Source: Octopus sinensis
Lineage: Eukaryota
Length of the DNA: 64,000 nt
Assembly (NCBI RefSeq): GCF_006345805.1
Contig: NC_043013.1
Coordinates: forward strand, 1,178,001-1,242,000
Direction: 5' to 3'
The translations under genes and the position numbers were made by a program. Under the pieces are notes generated by a model. That model saw only the letters and a list, made by a program, of their open reading frames with translations. It was not told where the DNA came from and did not search any database. This document shows positions 52,140 to 64,000 of the stretch, piece after piece (position 1 is the first letter of the stretch; each line of letters begins with the position of its first letter).

Positions 52140-52530
52140 ATGACAACCCATTGAAGGTGATGGCAGTGTTGATCCAGGTCATTCATACTCCTCTGCCTTC
52201 AGCATATTGTTTCTCATGGGAGCAGATATAGCTGACAAGACCAATATGAGACAGGCAGATCTTGTGGCAGTGAGGGCACTGAAAGTGACTCCAAACAGCC
52301 ACAGAGGGTTGATGATGTTTCCTTCTCTCTTCATGCAATCTTCTGCATTCAGTTTCAAAGCACTCTGCCCTGGCATCATACACGGACTTCCATGCCTTCC
52401 AATCAACAGCCAGGGCCACATAAAATAAGAGGCAGCATGAGATGATCAGGAAGACAAAGTTTTAGACGTCCATGAGTCTTACCTCCAGTCTCAGTATCGC
52501 TGAAGAGACCCATCTTTGGGAGCTGGTAAT
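52140..52530 (-). mobile_element. RTE LINE C-terminal fragment with zinc-finger motif
   Basis: QLPKMGLFSD...GRLKL and WKAWKSV...FQCPHCHKICLSHIGLVSY...H. Confidence 0.75.
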
Positions 52531-55473
52531 TCGGATTCAAAAGTAAACATGAAAACTAAGAAAATGGAGACAGAAAACTGTCTGTGACTGTGTGGTTGAG
52601 AAGCTTGCTTCTTTACCATGTGGTTTTGAGTTCAGTCCCATTTCATGGCACCTTGAGTTAAATGACTTTAACAATAGCCCCAGGCTAACCAAAACCTTGT
52701 GAGTGGATTTGGGAGATAGGAAGTGCCCTGTTTTGTGTGTGTGTATGCATGCAAACCTTGTCTTGCCATTACATGGTGACCAAGAATGGACATCAACCAT
52801 CAGACAAGTGATGTTGTTGATTTCCAGTCTTCTGTGGGAAACATGTCTGGCTATTGATAAGTATTGGCTTGCTTGGAAAAAAGGTGAGGGTAAGTGGTAG
52901 GAAGAGTATCCAGCTGTAAAAAATCTGCCTCAACAAATTCTATCTGTCAAACATGGAAAAGTTGATGGTATAAATACAGGTTTCCCTTTCTTTTTTGGTA
53001 AAGTACCAGCTGACATGTAAAGAAAAACAATTAGTATATGTTATAATACTAAGTGTCTATAGTACACTTCATCATATTCTGCTCTTAAGCCGTTACAATA
53101 CCTACAGGGTAACAATGCTTACAACCTGTAGTACAGCAGCTGTCTTCTATTTTGTGTCAGCCATTGAACTGCAGCCATGCTGAGGAGGCACCACATGGAA
53201 GGGTTTTATTTGAATGAATTCATTTCCCTATTTTAAAGCATGGTTCTTCTATTGCTCTCTTTTGATGGACTACTAAGTTACAGGGAGATAAACAAAACCA
53301 CACCAGTTGTCAGGTTGCAGGGGGTGGAGACAAACAAAAAAACAGACATACATGGGTCCATATTGGCCTCCGCAGGTGGCTGTGGAAATAATGGAAGGCT
53401 ACTGAAAAATACTCAGTGACATACTCTGCATGAAAACCAAATGGTAAGGTTTAACATAGACTATAGTGAACTATGAAACTTTAGGCTGAATGAATGAACA
53501 GAAATAACAAAAGGTTCTCTAGAACCAGTGGCACAATAAAATGTTGCATTTAATCCATGCTGTAAAGCAATGGGAAGTGCATCCAAAAATAATGGCATGC
53601 ACAACAGAGTTTGCTTATTTTTCACTGTTGTCATGGTTAGGAGATGATTGTAAAATCCATCCAGCACATGCCTACATGGACAAAGGGAAGCAAAATGGTG
53701 CTGATCATTTCTCAGTTTGTTAAAAACAAAAGTACTAACACTTTAATCTACTGCAAGGATTTACACAAATTAACAGGTCACACTTAAAGACCTCCTTCGG
53801 TTATGAATGACCATGGGATTGCACCTAGAAAGTTCCCCTCCAAGGTAGAAGTCTGGGCAAATTTGTTTATGGAAGACCAGCAGTTGCCCATGCATACCAG
53901 GCTCACCTTCTCCACGCCACCAATGTTATCCAAGTGAAAGGCGAAGGCCAATACAGTTTGGCACCAGTGACATCAAAACTCATTTCTACAGCTGAGTGAA
54001 TTGGAGCAACATGAAATAAAGAGTCTTGCTCAAGAACACAACACACAGCCAAGTGATCACGCTCATCATGGTTTAATAATAATACATAAGTAGCCACAGA
54101 AGAAAAATTAGTTTCCCTGTAAAAGAGATTGTATTCCCAGTTTTCAAACTCGAAACAACTAATGGTTTATTGATTAACAGCAATAAAATTTTCCAAAAGA
54201 TAAATATCTGCAGGGTTACTATGTTCTGAATAGAGCAAGTGAAGCCACATGCACAGAAATAATTTATAAAGTCCACATAACCAACACAAAGACAGGTTGG
54301 TTAGAGTTGAAAGACCAATTGAATAATTTAAAGCAATCTTGTGATTCAGTTCACAGCTATTTATCCCTAAAAGCTCAATATAATAAGTAAGAGCAACACG
54401 CGGGGATGGATGCGCAAAAAAGTCGATATTAGTCAGTTTGTTGATTTTGGTGTAATAAATTGTTTCAGTCAATTCTGATTAAACAGTTTCTAGCCAAAAG
54501 CAACCAAGTGACTAATTCACAATTACAAACCAGATGCATTCCACATAGAGGAAACTTATTGACAAGCTGGCGTTTTTGACTGACCTTGAATTTGTATATA
54601 AGAAAACATCTAAGCTGGATTAGCTCTTTTACAACTCTGGAGTTAATCAGGTTTGGGCACTAACAAGATTTTTTTTTTTGTTATTGCTGATTATTCCTAA
54701 CCAGCCACATGACCAAAGACATTCTAACCATGACCAAAACTTTTGGTTTCAGACAGTGTATTTAGGAGTACATTATCCAAAATGTAGACCCACTACCTTT
54801 TTATGAGGGAGAATTGAGCAAGTGACCAAATAGCTGACTTGACCAAAAGTACTGTTATTGATAGAATATATTGTTTTGTTATTAGCAGTAATAGCATTAG
54901 TGGCACTAATATTACTGGTACTGTTGTTGGTGATAAAAGCCTTCTCATTAACTCTTTTGACATTGAAGACAGACATATCTTTTGTATAACTGAACTGATG
55001 AGGTTAATGTCACTGCTGCTTTCTATGAAATCAAGTGGTTTCTAAATAAACTAGTTCAAACAGATTTTACAAAACAACCAACAATAAAAAAAAAACTCAA
55101 CTACCGCATAAGCATCTATGACAAAATGTAAAATATATATATATTGAAAAAATTCATTATAGATATAAAGATACCATAAACAAGTATAAAAATGGAGAAA
55201 ATATATTAAAATCAAAATTGAATTTAATCATCATCCAAAATTAAATTCAATACATACACATGTTTCAAAAGAGAATACAAATATTTAAGAAAAAAAAAAT
55301 AATAATGATGATGATAAGAGTTGCGCATTGTCATTCTCATCAGTGTCAAGAATTTATAGGAAGAACATCCCAAAAGTTATTAATATAATTCAATAAGGAA
55401 AAACAGATGGGGTAATAGGAGAAAATAAGAGAGACAAAAAAGAAAGACATATCAATGTGTATGCAAGTCTATT

Positions 55474-55530
<57 letters not shown>

Positions 55531-56513
55531 GATTCCTGATTTGGTTCACTCATAAGTAGGGTGTTCCTTTCAATCAAAACCATTGCTAATAATATAATGA
55601 TTGTGTGTGTCCCACCAACCAGTGTTCTTAAAAGAAGTGAAAAACATCAGTTCTAATCAATCGGTGGAAGAAGTATGCATAATCCAAATTAAGAACATTT
55701 TCATCTTTGTATATTAAACGTCATGGTGATGATTATAGATTTGACAGGAGACAATATACTGAGCTTATGAATCTATTGGAGAGTAGGGATTGGAGAATCT
55801 TACAAAAATCCTTTTCATAAAATCAAGATAAATACTGAGAAAAGAATTGACTGACACACATAGACTTTTGAGATTAACTTAGACATAATAATAATAATAA
55901 TAATGTTTCTCCTGTTTTGTGTATATTTTATTGCATATTTATATTCTTCACTGATCACTTTTGATTTTAGCAAAATATATCAATTTGAATAATCAAACTA
56001 AATTTCTATACATATTCACAATGTCTTTCGTTTTTTTATATATATTTATGAAGTAAAGCAATGAATTGCACAAGGTTATCTTGGAAGTATTCAAATCAAA
56101 TTAATTAAGCCTTTTGGTACCAACCTACCCAGGACTGCACCTGGATCTATGATACAAGCTTACATGTTCCATCGAAATTTAACCTTTATGCTCCAAACAC
56201 CTGCTTAATAATGACAAATTTATTTTACTAAATTCATTATTTTGAAAAAATATTCAATATTTGTGTTTTAATACTGCAAGGTTGGCTTTTTCCTTTTTTA
56301 AATATCTACAAATCTGTAAATTTTCCAAAGAAAAACAATGATAGTGGTTCCTTAATTAGACATAAGATTGAAAGTTTAGAAACAAACAAGAAATTGAGTC
56401 ATCATTCATGTCTTTCTACCTGAATTGAAAATATTAAAAACAACAGTTTTAAATGCAAACCACATTGCAGAATTAGTTAATTCAGAACCTGAACCAAACA
56501 GCAGTTTCTATAC

Positions 56514-56558
<45 letters not shown>

Positions 56559-56560
<2 letters not shown>

Positions 56561-56950
56561 CGCAGGAGTGGCTGTGTGGTAAGTAGCTTGCTTACCAACC
56601 ACATGGTTCCGGGTTCAGTCCTACTGCGTGGCACCTTGAGCAAGTGTCTTCTACTATAGCCTCGGGCCGACCAAAGCCTTGTGAGTGGATTTGGTAGACG
56701 GAAACTGAATGAAGCCCGTCATATATATGTATATATATGTTTGTGTGTCTGTGTTTGTCCCTCTAGCATTGTTTGACAACCGATGCTGGTGTGTTTATGT
56801 CCCTGTCACTTAGCGGTTCGGCAAAAGAGACCGATAGAATAAGTACTGGGCTTATAAAAGAATAAGACCCGGGGTCGAGTTGCTCGACTAAAGGCAGTGC
56901 TCCAGCATGGCCGCAGTCAACTGACTGAAACAAGTAAAAGAGTAAAAAAG
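56559..56950 (+). mobile_element. SINE family A, best-preserved copy
   Basis: GGCGCAGGAGTGGCTGTGTGGTAAGTAGC...GGTTCCGGGTTCAGTCC (B-box-like)...CTGAAACAAGTAAAAG. Confidence 0.9.
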
Positions 56951-56966
56951 AGTATATATATATATA

Positions 56967-57240
56967 CGGCAAAAAGAAAATGGAGGGGATAGAAAAATGA
57001 CATACATCAGCCAGTAGACATTCTATTACGTCTATTTATTCCAAAACAAAGGGAGTATTATAAGAACAGATACACAGGCAAAGACTGTGTGCTACACAAA
57101 TATGTACCAGTAACAGTAATAACAGTAATTCATAAAAGAGTAAAAGATCAGTTCTCTTTGTTTTGGAATAAATAGACATAATAGAATGTCTACCGGCTGA
57201 TGTATGTCATTTTTCTATCCCCTCCATTTTCTTTTTGCCA
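56967..57240. repeat. Fold-back element: 89-bp arms (about 84/89 match), 96-bp spacer, TATA flanks
   Basis: 56967-57055 vs 57152-57240. Confidence 0.93.
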
Positions 57241-57412
57241 TATAAATTAAGGGTAAACCACTTTTTACCCCCACCCATGTATGGACACTCGATTGCAAAA
57301 TTGCTATGCAATAACCAACACTTGGGTATTAATAATTGGGCACACTACCAGCAGTATATTGGATTGGTACTATCCCTTTGTTGGTTGGCTTCCTAACCTC
57401 TAACTCTCACAG

Positions 57413-57447
<35 letters not shown>

Positions 57448-59132
57448 TATATATATATATATATAAAGAAAGTAAATGATGAAGATTTCCTAGACACCAG
57501 ATCAATTTTGCCAGAGAGAAAGGAGGGTCAGTTGGTCCCTGGGAAGGTGAAACAAATTCAGCTTTGTCAGAATAATTTGAACAGTAAAAAAAAAAACTGC
57601 CTAATCTGACTTGCTACTGTCTCCAGTAACACACCACTGCTCACGTAATGATTATAATAATTACCAATGAAATAAAATCGTTAGACCATATCTGATTCTG
57701 TTTGCAAGGGTATAACAAATCTGTTCTATGGCTGGCTCAAGCAAACAAGAAACATGAGTGTAGTTACCCGTAAACCTAAGATTCATATTTCAAGCAAAGT
57801 TTTTGCGTTTGTAGATTAATTTTGTGATGAATCATAAGAAATGGATTGATTCCAACTGATCAAAGACATCCTGAAAGAGATTAGGTGAATTAGGGATTTA
57901 AGATTCAAAGCTTTTGAGTTGAATGGCTACTGAGTCATGTAGTACTTATACTTAATCCAAGAAGAGCTTAACAAGGTTCCTGGGTTAATTCAGAAGAATT
58001 CAGATTGAGTAAATATGAAAGCAGTGAATTGTAAAACAGCCCATTTGCACACTGTGTTTTCCTTTCATTTAATAATATATTTCTAGATTAGCCTAGGTTG
58101 GACAGCAGGGAAAATGAATGGAGTTGCTGGGATTATTGTAGAACATACTTTACATCAGAATGATGAGAGACAAATACCCACATTCAACTGAATTGGAAAT
58201 CCCTAAAACTGTTTTGACCAAAAACTTTTCATGAAATCTTTGATCCTTTATCACCCCCAAGTATATAGATTTTTTTTTTAAATATTTATTATTTTGAATA
58301 ATAATTATAAAAGTAACAATAGTTTCTAATCTAGGCACAAGACCAGCAATTTGAAGGGAAGGGGTTGGTCAATTGTACCAAGTCCAGTACTTGTCTGCTT
58401 TTCATTTCTGTGGGGTCGACAAAATAAGTATCAAAGCTGCCCTTGGCAGGAATTTGAACTCAAAACAAATACCACAAGGCACTTTGCTCAATGCTGCACT
58501 GATTCTGCCAATACACCACCTTAAAAATAAAACTAAGAGGGGGGAATGCTACAAATAATACATGGAATATTAAACACATTAAAATTATTTAACACAGCTT
58601 ATATTGAATTGTTATCATTAATGGGAGGGACATGTTTGATGTCCATTAGCAAGGAAACTGATGTTTGGTTGGAGTATGAGAAACACTAACTGAAAGCCCC
58701 CATGCTCTTCCAGGTTCAACCATTTATGTAATTTGTTACAGCTCAATCCTCACACAATCTTTAGGTTATGTTGGTAGTCACAGAGAGTTTTAATTCTGAA
58801 CAAGGATTTAACTCCAAAATCAACTTGAGATTCAATGCCTGCACCTTCACTTTCCAATCTGGTTACGTGCATTTACTCCAGGTCCTGAAGGTGTACTTTA
58901 GCCTATCAGTCCCGAGTACAGGAAGATAATATGTGTCTGCATGAGAGGACACAACAGTAACCTCTAAAAATTGAGGATATTTTCTATAAACAGCAATTGG
59001 TGAATCTAATACCAATTCTGCATCAGCACTATAACAAGCTGATTGAGAAATCATGCCCCCATCCCTCACTTGAGACATCATTATCATTTTCAATTTGAAA
59101 TCTTTTCTTCTACAACTGACTTCAAGTCAACA

Positions 59133-59362
59133 TTAACCCATTAAGTCCCAGAGTACTTAAATATATGAATATTACTTTTAAATTTTCATAGATGATTGAA
59201 AATAGTTTCAAATGAAAAAAATAATTATTAAAACTCCTTTACATCAAGTAGAAATGGAAATACTCGGTGTCCTATAAATAGGACTCTGAGACAATGTGAT
59301 ATAGCTTATTTAATGTTCTCATTTAGTGTCCTGTTTATAGGACAGTGGGACTTAATGGGTAA
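59133..59362. mobile_element. piggyBac-like MITE family 3
   Basis: TTAACCCATTAAGTCCCA...TGGGACTTAATGGGTAA TIRs. Confidence 0.8.
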
Positions 59363-59449
59363 AGGCATGTTTTAGTAGCTGTCATCAGATATAAACAATC
59401 TATACCTTTGTCTTTGGAAGTGGTTAGGTGTAGTGAGCTTCAGGGTTCA

Positions 59450-60400
59450 AAAGAAAAAACAAAATTGGGGAAAAGAGTCAAAACAGCACCTAAAATACCA
59501 ATATCCGTGTGCAGGCATTGGTAAACAGCTAAATTCTGCACTGACAGAATTCTGAGTGGTCAATCCACTTTTAGTGTGATTAGACTCTAACATGGGGTTT
59601 GCTTAATCAGGAACTCAGCCGACCATTACGTTTGAAATCTCCAGTAAACTGGAATATGGCCTGAGCAGGTTAAGCCTTAATTGAATTTTTTGAAGTGCTT
59701 TCTGTATATATCTCCAAGTCAAAAACTGAAATGCTTCCAGCTGCTTCTTCACCCAATTGCTGTATGTCTCAAAAAATAAAAATACTTCAAATCTCTACAA
59801 GGTGATACAGATTAATGAACCTATTTTGACTTGAAAGCTTATTAGGGTTGCTTGAGCTTGAATAACTGCTACATCTTCACTTTGCAAGATTTTCCTATAT
59901 TCCAGAACATTATGAATGTGGGTCTGACAAACAGAACAGATGCTTCATACACTTTTGCAACCAGTCACATAGTAATGGCTCTACATCAGCAAGAAACACC
60001 ACTGCTGAGTCATACAAGTTAACAAGTCTTTGCAAGCTGTCACCTCTTGACAACCATTCTGTGTGCGCAAAAGTAATAGGCTAAAAGCATCATTATTTTA
60101 TTATTCACACAATATTTTGCAAACAGTTGTGAATTGAGAGAATGTGTTTTCAGTTTGTTTGTTTTTTCTTATTGTTGATTTTTTTATCAACTTGATACAC
60201 ACGTTTAAGGCATCAGGAGTTTATTGGATAAATAATGGTGTCTTTTTAATACACAATGAACAATCTGTAGATCAGAAACCTTTCCTATGAGTAAAGGTAG
60301 CAAATCTTCTCTTATGATCAATCATTGCTTTTGCACCATGAGCAACCGTTGCTGTAATATCCTACAGGGGAACATGTTTCTTCATATATCATGGCACACT
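59450..60400 (-). pseudogene. hAT (Charlie/Buster-like) transposase fossil
   Basis: Frameshifted motifs in canonical order: GAKAMID, IVHCVLKRHH, HTEWLSRGDSLQRLVNLYDS (cf. HTEVRWLSRG), ILQSEDVAVIQAQATLISFQVKI. Confidence 0.8.
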
Positions 60401-61874
60401 GTCGGTTATGACGATGAGGGTTCCTGTTGATCCGATCAATGGAACAGCCTGCTCATGGAATTAACATACAAGTGGCTGAGCACTCCACAGACACATGTAC
60501 CCTCAACATAGTTCTCAGAGAGATTCAGCATGACACAGAGTGTGACAAGGCTGGTCCTTTAAAAAGCAAATGCACATCTAATAGTTTACTGCAATCTCTC
60601 CAGCAGGTATGGGTGTTCAGTATTTGCTGTTTGTAACTGGGTTTTTTGGCAATGTAGCTAAGAAAATGACACGACCAGGAAATTCAGTGTCACATTGACA
60701 CAACACAAATTTTCACAACACACTTGAAAAAGCTAAAACCATGCCAAAAATATTTTTAAATGCTACAGGACAACATTGCTTATGATGAATACTGTAGTTA
60801 ATCAAGGATTCAAAAGAAATTAGAGCATATAAGAGAAGAAAATCTAAGTCAATTCGTCCATGTTGAAACCAGTATTCACGGTTTTACAATCAGAAGACTT
60901 GAACTAATGATAAACCATTATAACTATATATCATTATCATATTTATTAAATGACACAGATATGAAACGTATATTCATATGTGCACGTATACATACATACA
61001 TACAGAAAAGTTGTAAGAATTCAATATTATATAAAACAGCTTGAGTAATATTCATAATATACAAATAAGGTGTACTAGTTTTTCAGGTAGACCAACAGCA
61101 AAACAATTTCATTTCTAGTACAGTGTGAAGATAAAAACTGAATACATCCAGACACTGATTGACTACTTTTAGCCTGACTGACAGTAAACAAAATAATGGA
61201 AGGAGGGGGGGGCGCTTTTCCCCTCTAATATCTTGATTGAAGTCTCTGAAATTTCTATCAAATTTTGACAGAAGATCTTTTTATTGTTTAAAACTCTATG
61301 ACTATGTGAGAGTAAAGGTCATCTCTGCCATTCAGCACATAAAGTAATGACTTTAATATAAAGTTTAAACTCAACAAATATACAGCCAGGAAAAGAAAGA
61401 ATGCCAGATATGTTGAAATGTCTACTAAATATCAATATTTATATAAAACTTGGGCTATTTAAGCAAGATCTTTTATCTTCTGCTGGTTTCAGTCATTGAA
61501 CTGTGGCCATGAAGGTCAACAAATAACTCACTGTGCTTATTACTTTTAAGCTTAGTATTTACTCTATCGGTCTCTCATAGCAAACTGCCAAATACTGGCA
61601 TAGAGGACAATCAGAAAGGCACACACACACAAACATCAGGAAAATAATTGAATTTATAGATTTCAAAAATCTTTGTTTTAATAGTATCCTAAAGATTCCT
61701 GCCTAACATCAAATATGTTCAGTTTTTATATTGTTTAGACCCTTGGTCAGCCATGATTGGACTGATTTATACCTGAAGGACCCCAGCTATGACTATTAGA
61801 ATCCCCTCTACACTTTTTACATAGAACTAGGACTATATTGAATGTGTCCTTCCTCAAAAAATGTAGCAGATGGT

Positions 61875-62063
61875 TTAACCCTTTCGTTACCGTATTTCTG
61901 TTGAGATGCTCTGTGTTCCTTTCAATTAATTTTAAATATAACAAAGAATTTAGCAAAACAACTTCGTTATCATTAAGCTAGGAACATAAATTGTGACAAG
62001 GATTTGGTGGAAGATTTTAATTAAGAACTTTTGAGGGCCAGAGGCAGTTTCAACCAGGTTAAA
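61875..62063. mobile_element. piggyBac-like MITE family 1 (internally deleted)
   Basis: TTAACCCTTTCGTTACCGTATTTCTGTTGAGATGCTCTG. Confidence 0.75.
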
Positions 62064-62749
62064 GGAGATTTGGTTGTGTTACCTTCCAGGTTATTGTTTA
62101 GAGTTGTGGTTCTCAACCATTTTTTGCCTTTGAACACCTTGGATTCCTATTTACTGGACCCTCATAACCATTCAGTGTTTTAAAAAGTCTCATTAGATTT
62201 TTATAATTAAATATTAGGAATTGTATAAAAAAAATTGTTAAAGTATTTTGTGTACTGTGGAAGTATAATCAATTTAACAATAAACTCTTATACGAACCCC
62301 AAATGAGACCCACTAAATTAGACCAATATAAGTGAACTCACCAACAAATAACCACCAATTTCACTGCATAAACTTTTGAGTGGAGCATTATAAGCATTGG
62401 TTGTGCCAAAAAAAGCATTTTTTTAATGTTTTACATAAGACTTGGTACAGGATTTATAAACAACAAAAATGTATCTGTAGAAAAAGAGAGATTTTTATTT
62501 TCTTCACACAATGCCATTGATATTCTAAGTCATTTTAATTCAATTCTGTTATTTGTTGATTAATTAATCATACCCAACTCGCATTCTGTTTCAACGAAGG
62601 CTTCATTAGAGCCTGCTCACAGTAGCTTTCATCATGAAAATATTCAATCGCTGCTAAAAAGAAGCTTTATACACAGAACCGTCCAACCCATGCTAGCATG
62701 GAAAGCGGACGTTAAACGATGATGATGAATCACAATATATACATTACCA

Positions 62750-63095
62750 TACATAGGCATGACTGTGGTAAGAAGCTTGCTTCTCGACCACACATTTCTA
62801 GGTTCAATCCCACTGCTTGGCACCTTGGGCAAATGGCTTCTACTGTGGCCTCAGACCAAAGCTCTGTGAATGGATTTGGAAACTGAAAGAAGCCTGTCGT
62901 GTAGGTCTTTGTCCCCAACAACTGCTCAACAACCAGTGTTGGTGTGTTTACATCCCCATACAATAACAGTTCAGTAAAAAGAGTCTGATAGAATAAATAC
63001 CAGGATTTAAAAAAATATTGGGGTTGATTCATTCAACTAAAATTTCTTCAAGGTGGTGCCCCAGCATGGCCACAGTCTAATGACTGAAACAAGTA
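62750..63095 (+). mobile_element. SINE family A
   Basis: Head and tail modules present. Confidence 0.7.
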
Positions 63096-63249
63096 CACAA
63101 CAAAAGATACTAATAACGATGTATAATCTAAGTGAGAATCACCAAGATATCCTTTTGTTAACCGTATTACTATTAAATAAACTGATGTGTTTGAATTTAT
63201 TTACAACAGGATAAAATGATGGTGGAAAGTTTTAATCTGAACATGATGT

Positions 63250-63600
63250 AGGCACGGGCATGGCTATGTGGTTACAAAGCCTGCTTCCCAGCCATATGGT
63301 TTCAGGTTCAGTCTCAGGGCGTGGCCACTACAGCACCAGGCTGACCAAAGCCTTGAGTGGATTTGGTAGATGGAAACTGAAAGAAGCCCATCATATTCTT
63401 TTATTTGTTTCAGTCATTTGACTGTGGCCATGCTAAAGCACTGCCTTTAGTTGAGCAAACTGACCCCAGAACTTATTCTTTGTAAGCCTAGTACTTTTTC
63501 TATCAGTCTCTTTTGCCGAACCACTAAGTTACGGGGACATAAACACACCAGCATTGGTTGTCAAGCAATGTTGGGGAGGAACACAGACACACACACACAT
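63250..63600. mobile_element. SINE A head (+) joined to an inverted SINE A tail (-)
   Basis: GAAACTGAAAGAAGCCC at about 63375-63390, directly followed by TTTCAGTCATTTGACTGTGGCC. Confidence 0.7.
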
Positions 63601-63607
63601 ATATATA

Positions 63608-63751
63608 TCATCATCATCATCATCATTTAGCGTCCGCTTTCCATGCTAGCATGGGTGGACGGGTCAACTGGGGTCTGTGAAGCTGGAAGGCTTCGTCAGG
63701 CCCAGTCAGATCTGGCAGTGTTTCTACGGCTGGATGCCCTTCCTAACGCCA

Positions 63752-63752
<1 letters not shown>
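63608..63752 (-). mobile_element. RTE LINE 3' end truncated by (TA)n
   Basis: (CAT)n then TTTAGCGTCCGCTTTCCATGCTAGCATGGG. Confidence 0.8.
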
Positions 63753-63789
<37 letters not shown>

Positions 63790-63948
63790 TATATACATAT
63801 ATATATATATATACATATATATATACATATATATACATATATATATATACATATATATATATACATATATATATATACATATATATATACATACATATAT
63901 ATATATACATATATATATATACATATATATATACACATATATATATAC

Positions 63949-63983
<35 letters not shown>

Positions 63984-64000
63984 CATATATATATACATAT
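63752..64000. repeat. (TA)n/(TACA)n microsatellite running off the window end
   Basis: Direct inspection. Confidence 0.97.

Noticed and set aside
58863-59093. 76-aa ORF considered as the missing first CLASP exon
   Set aside because: No similarity to the CLASP N-terminus, and it ends in a stop rather than a phase-0 donor.

Overview
AT-rich eukaryotic genomic DNA. The repeat families (RTE ends with (GAT)n tails, tRNA-headed SINEs with internal (TA/TG)n tracts) look like octopus/coleoid cephalopod; this is recognition, not a database result. The only gene I can support is CLASP (CLIP-associating protein, CLASP1/Orbit/MAST family) on the minus strand. Six short GT-AG exons (79, 44, 60, 92, 76, 98 nt at 21353 down to 4531) splice in frame to 149 codons of the TOG1 domain: ISLNGLEVLCLMVDRMGEEFKPYVNTVLPAVVDRLGDAKDQVRDQAQKLLLKLMMPASSPQYVFERITSCFTHKLWHVREGILVCLQNTINTYGARSLQLNKAVPSIIKLLEDQNAQVREAAISTLVEIYRHVGERVRFDLAKKELPPG(K). 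I did not find the first coding exon or the exon after TOG1, so 21354-64000 is apparently one intron of at least 42.6 kb. The rest is transposon debris: three or more SINE families, truncated RTE and CR1/L2-like LINEs, piggyBac-like, pogo-like and mariner-derived MITEs, a hAT transposase fossil and microsatellites. Nearly all ORFs in the supplied track are repeat or low-complexity artefacts. There is no prokaryotic system or CRISPR array. The most interesting signals are: a set of long intronic fold-back inverted repeats (potential dsRNA/ADAR substrates); a self-propagating palindromic mariner derivative; a three-level nested insertion carrying a 62-bp array with higher-order structure; a strong cryptic acceptor giving a TOG1-only or poison exon; and a unique island that could encode a Cys-rich alternative N-terminus. 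Repeat boundaries are by eye and approximate.
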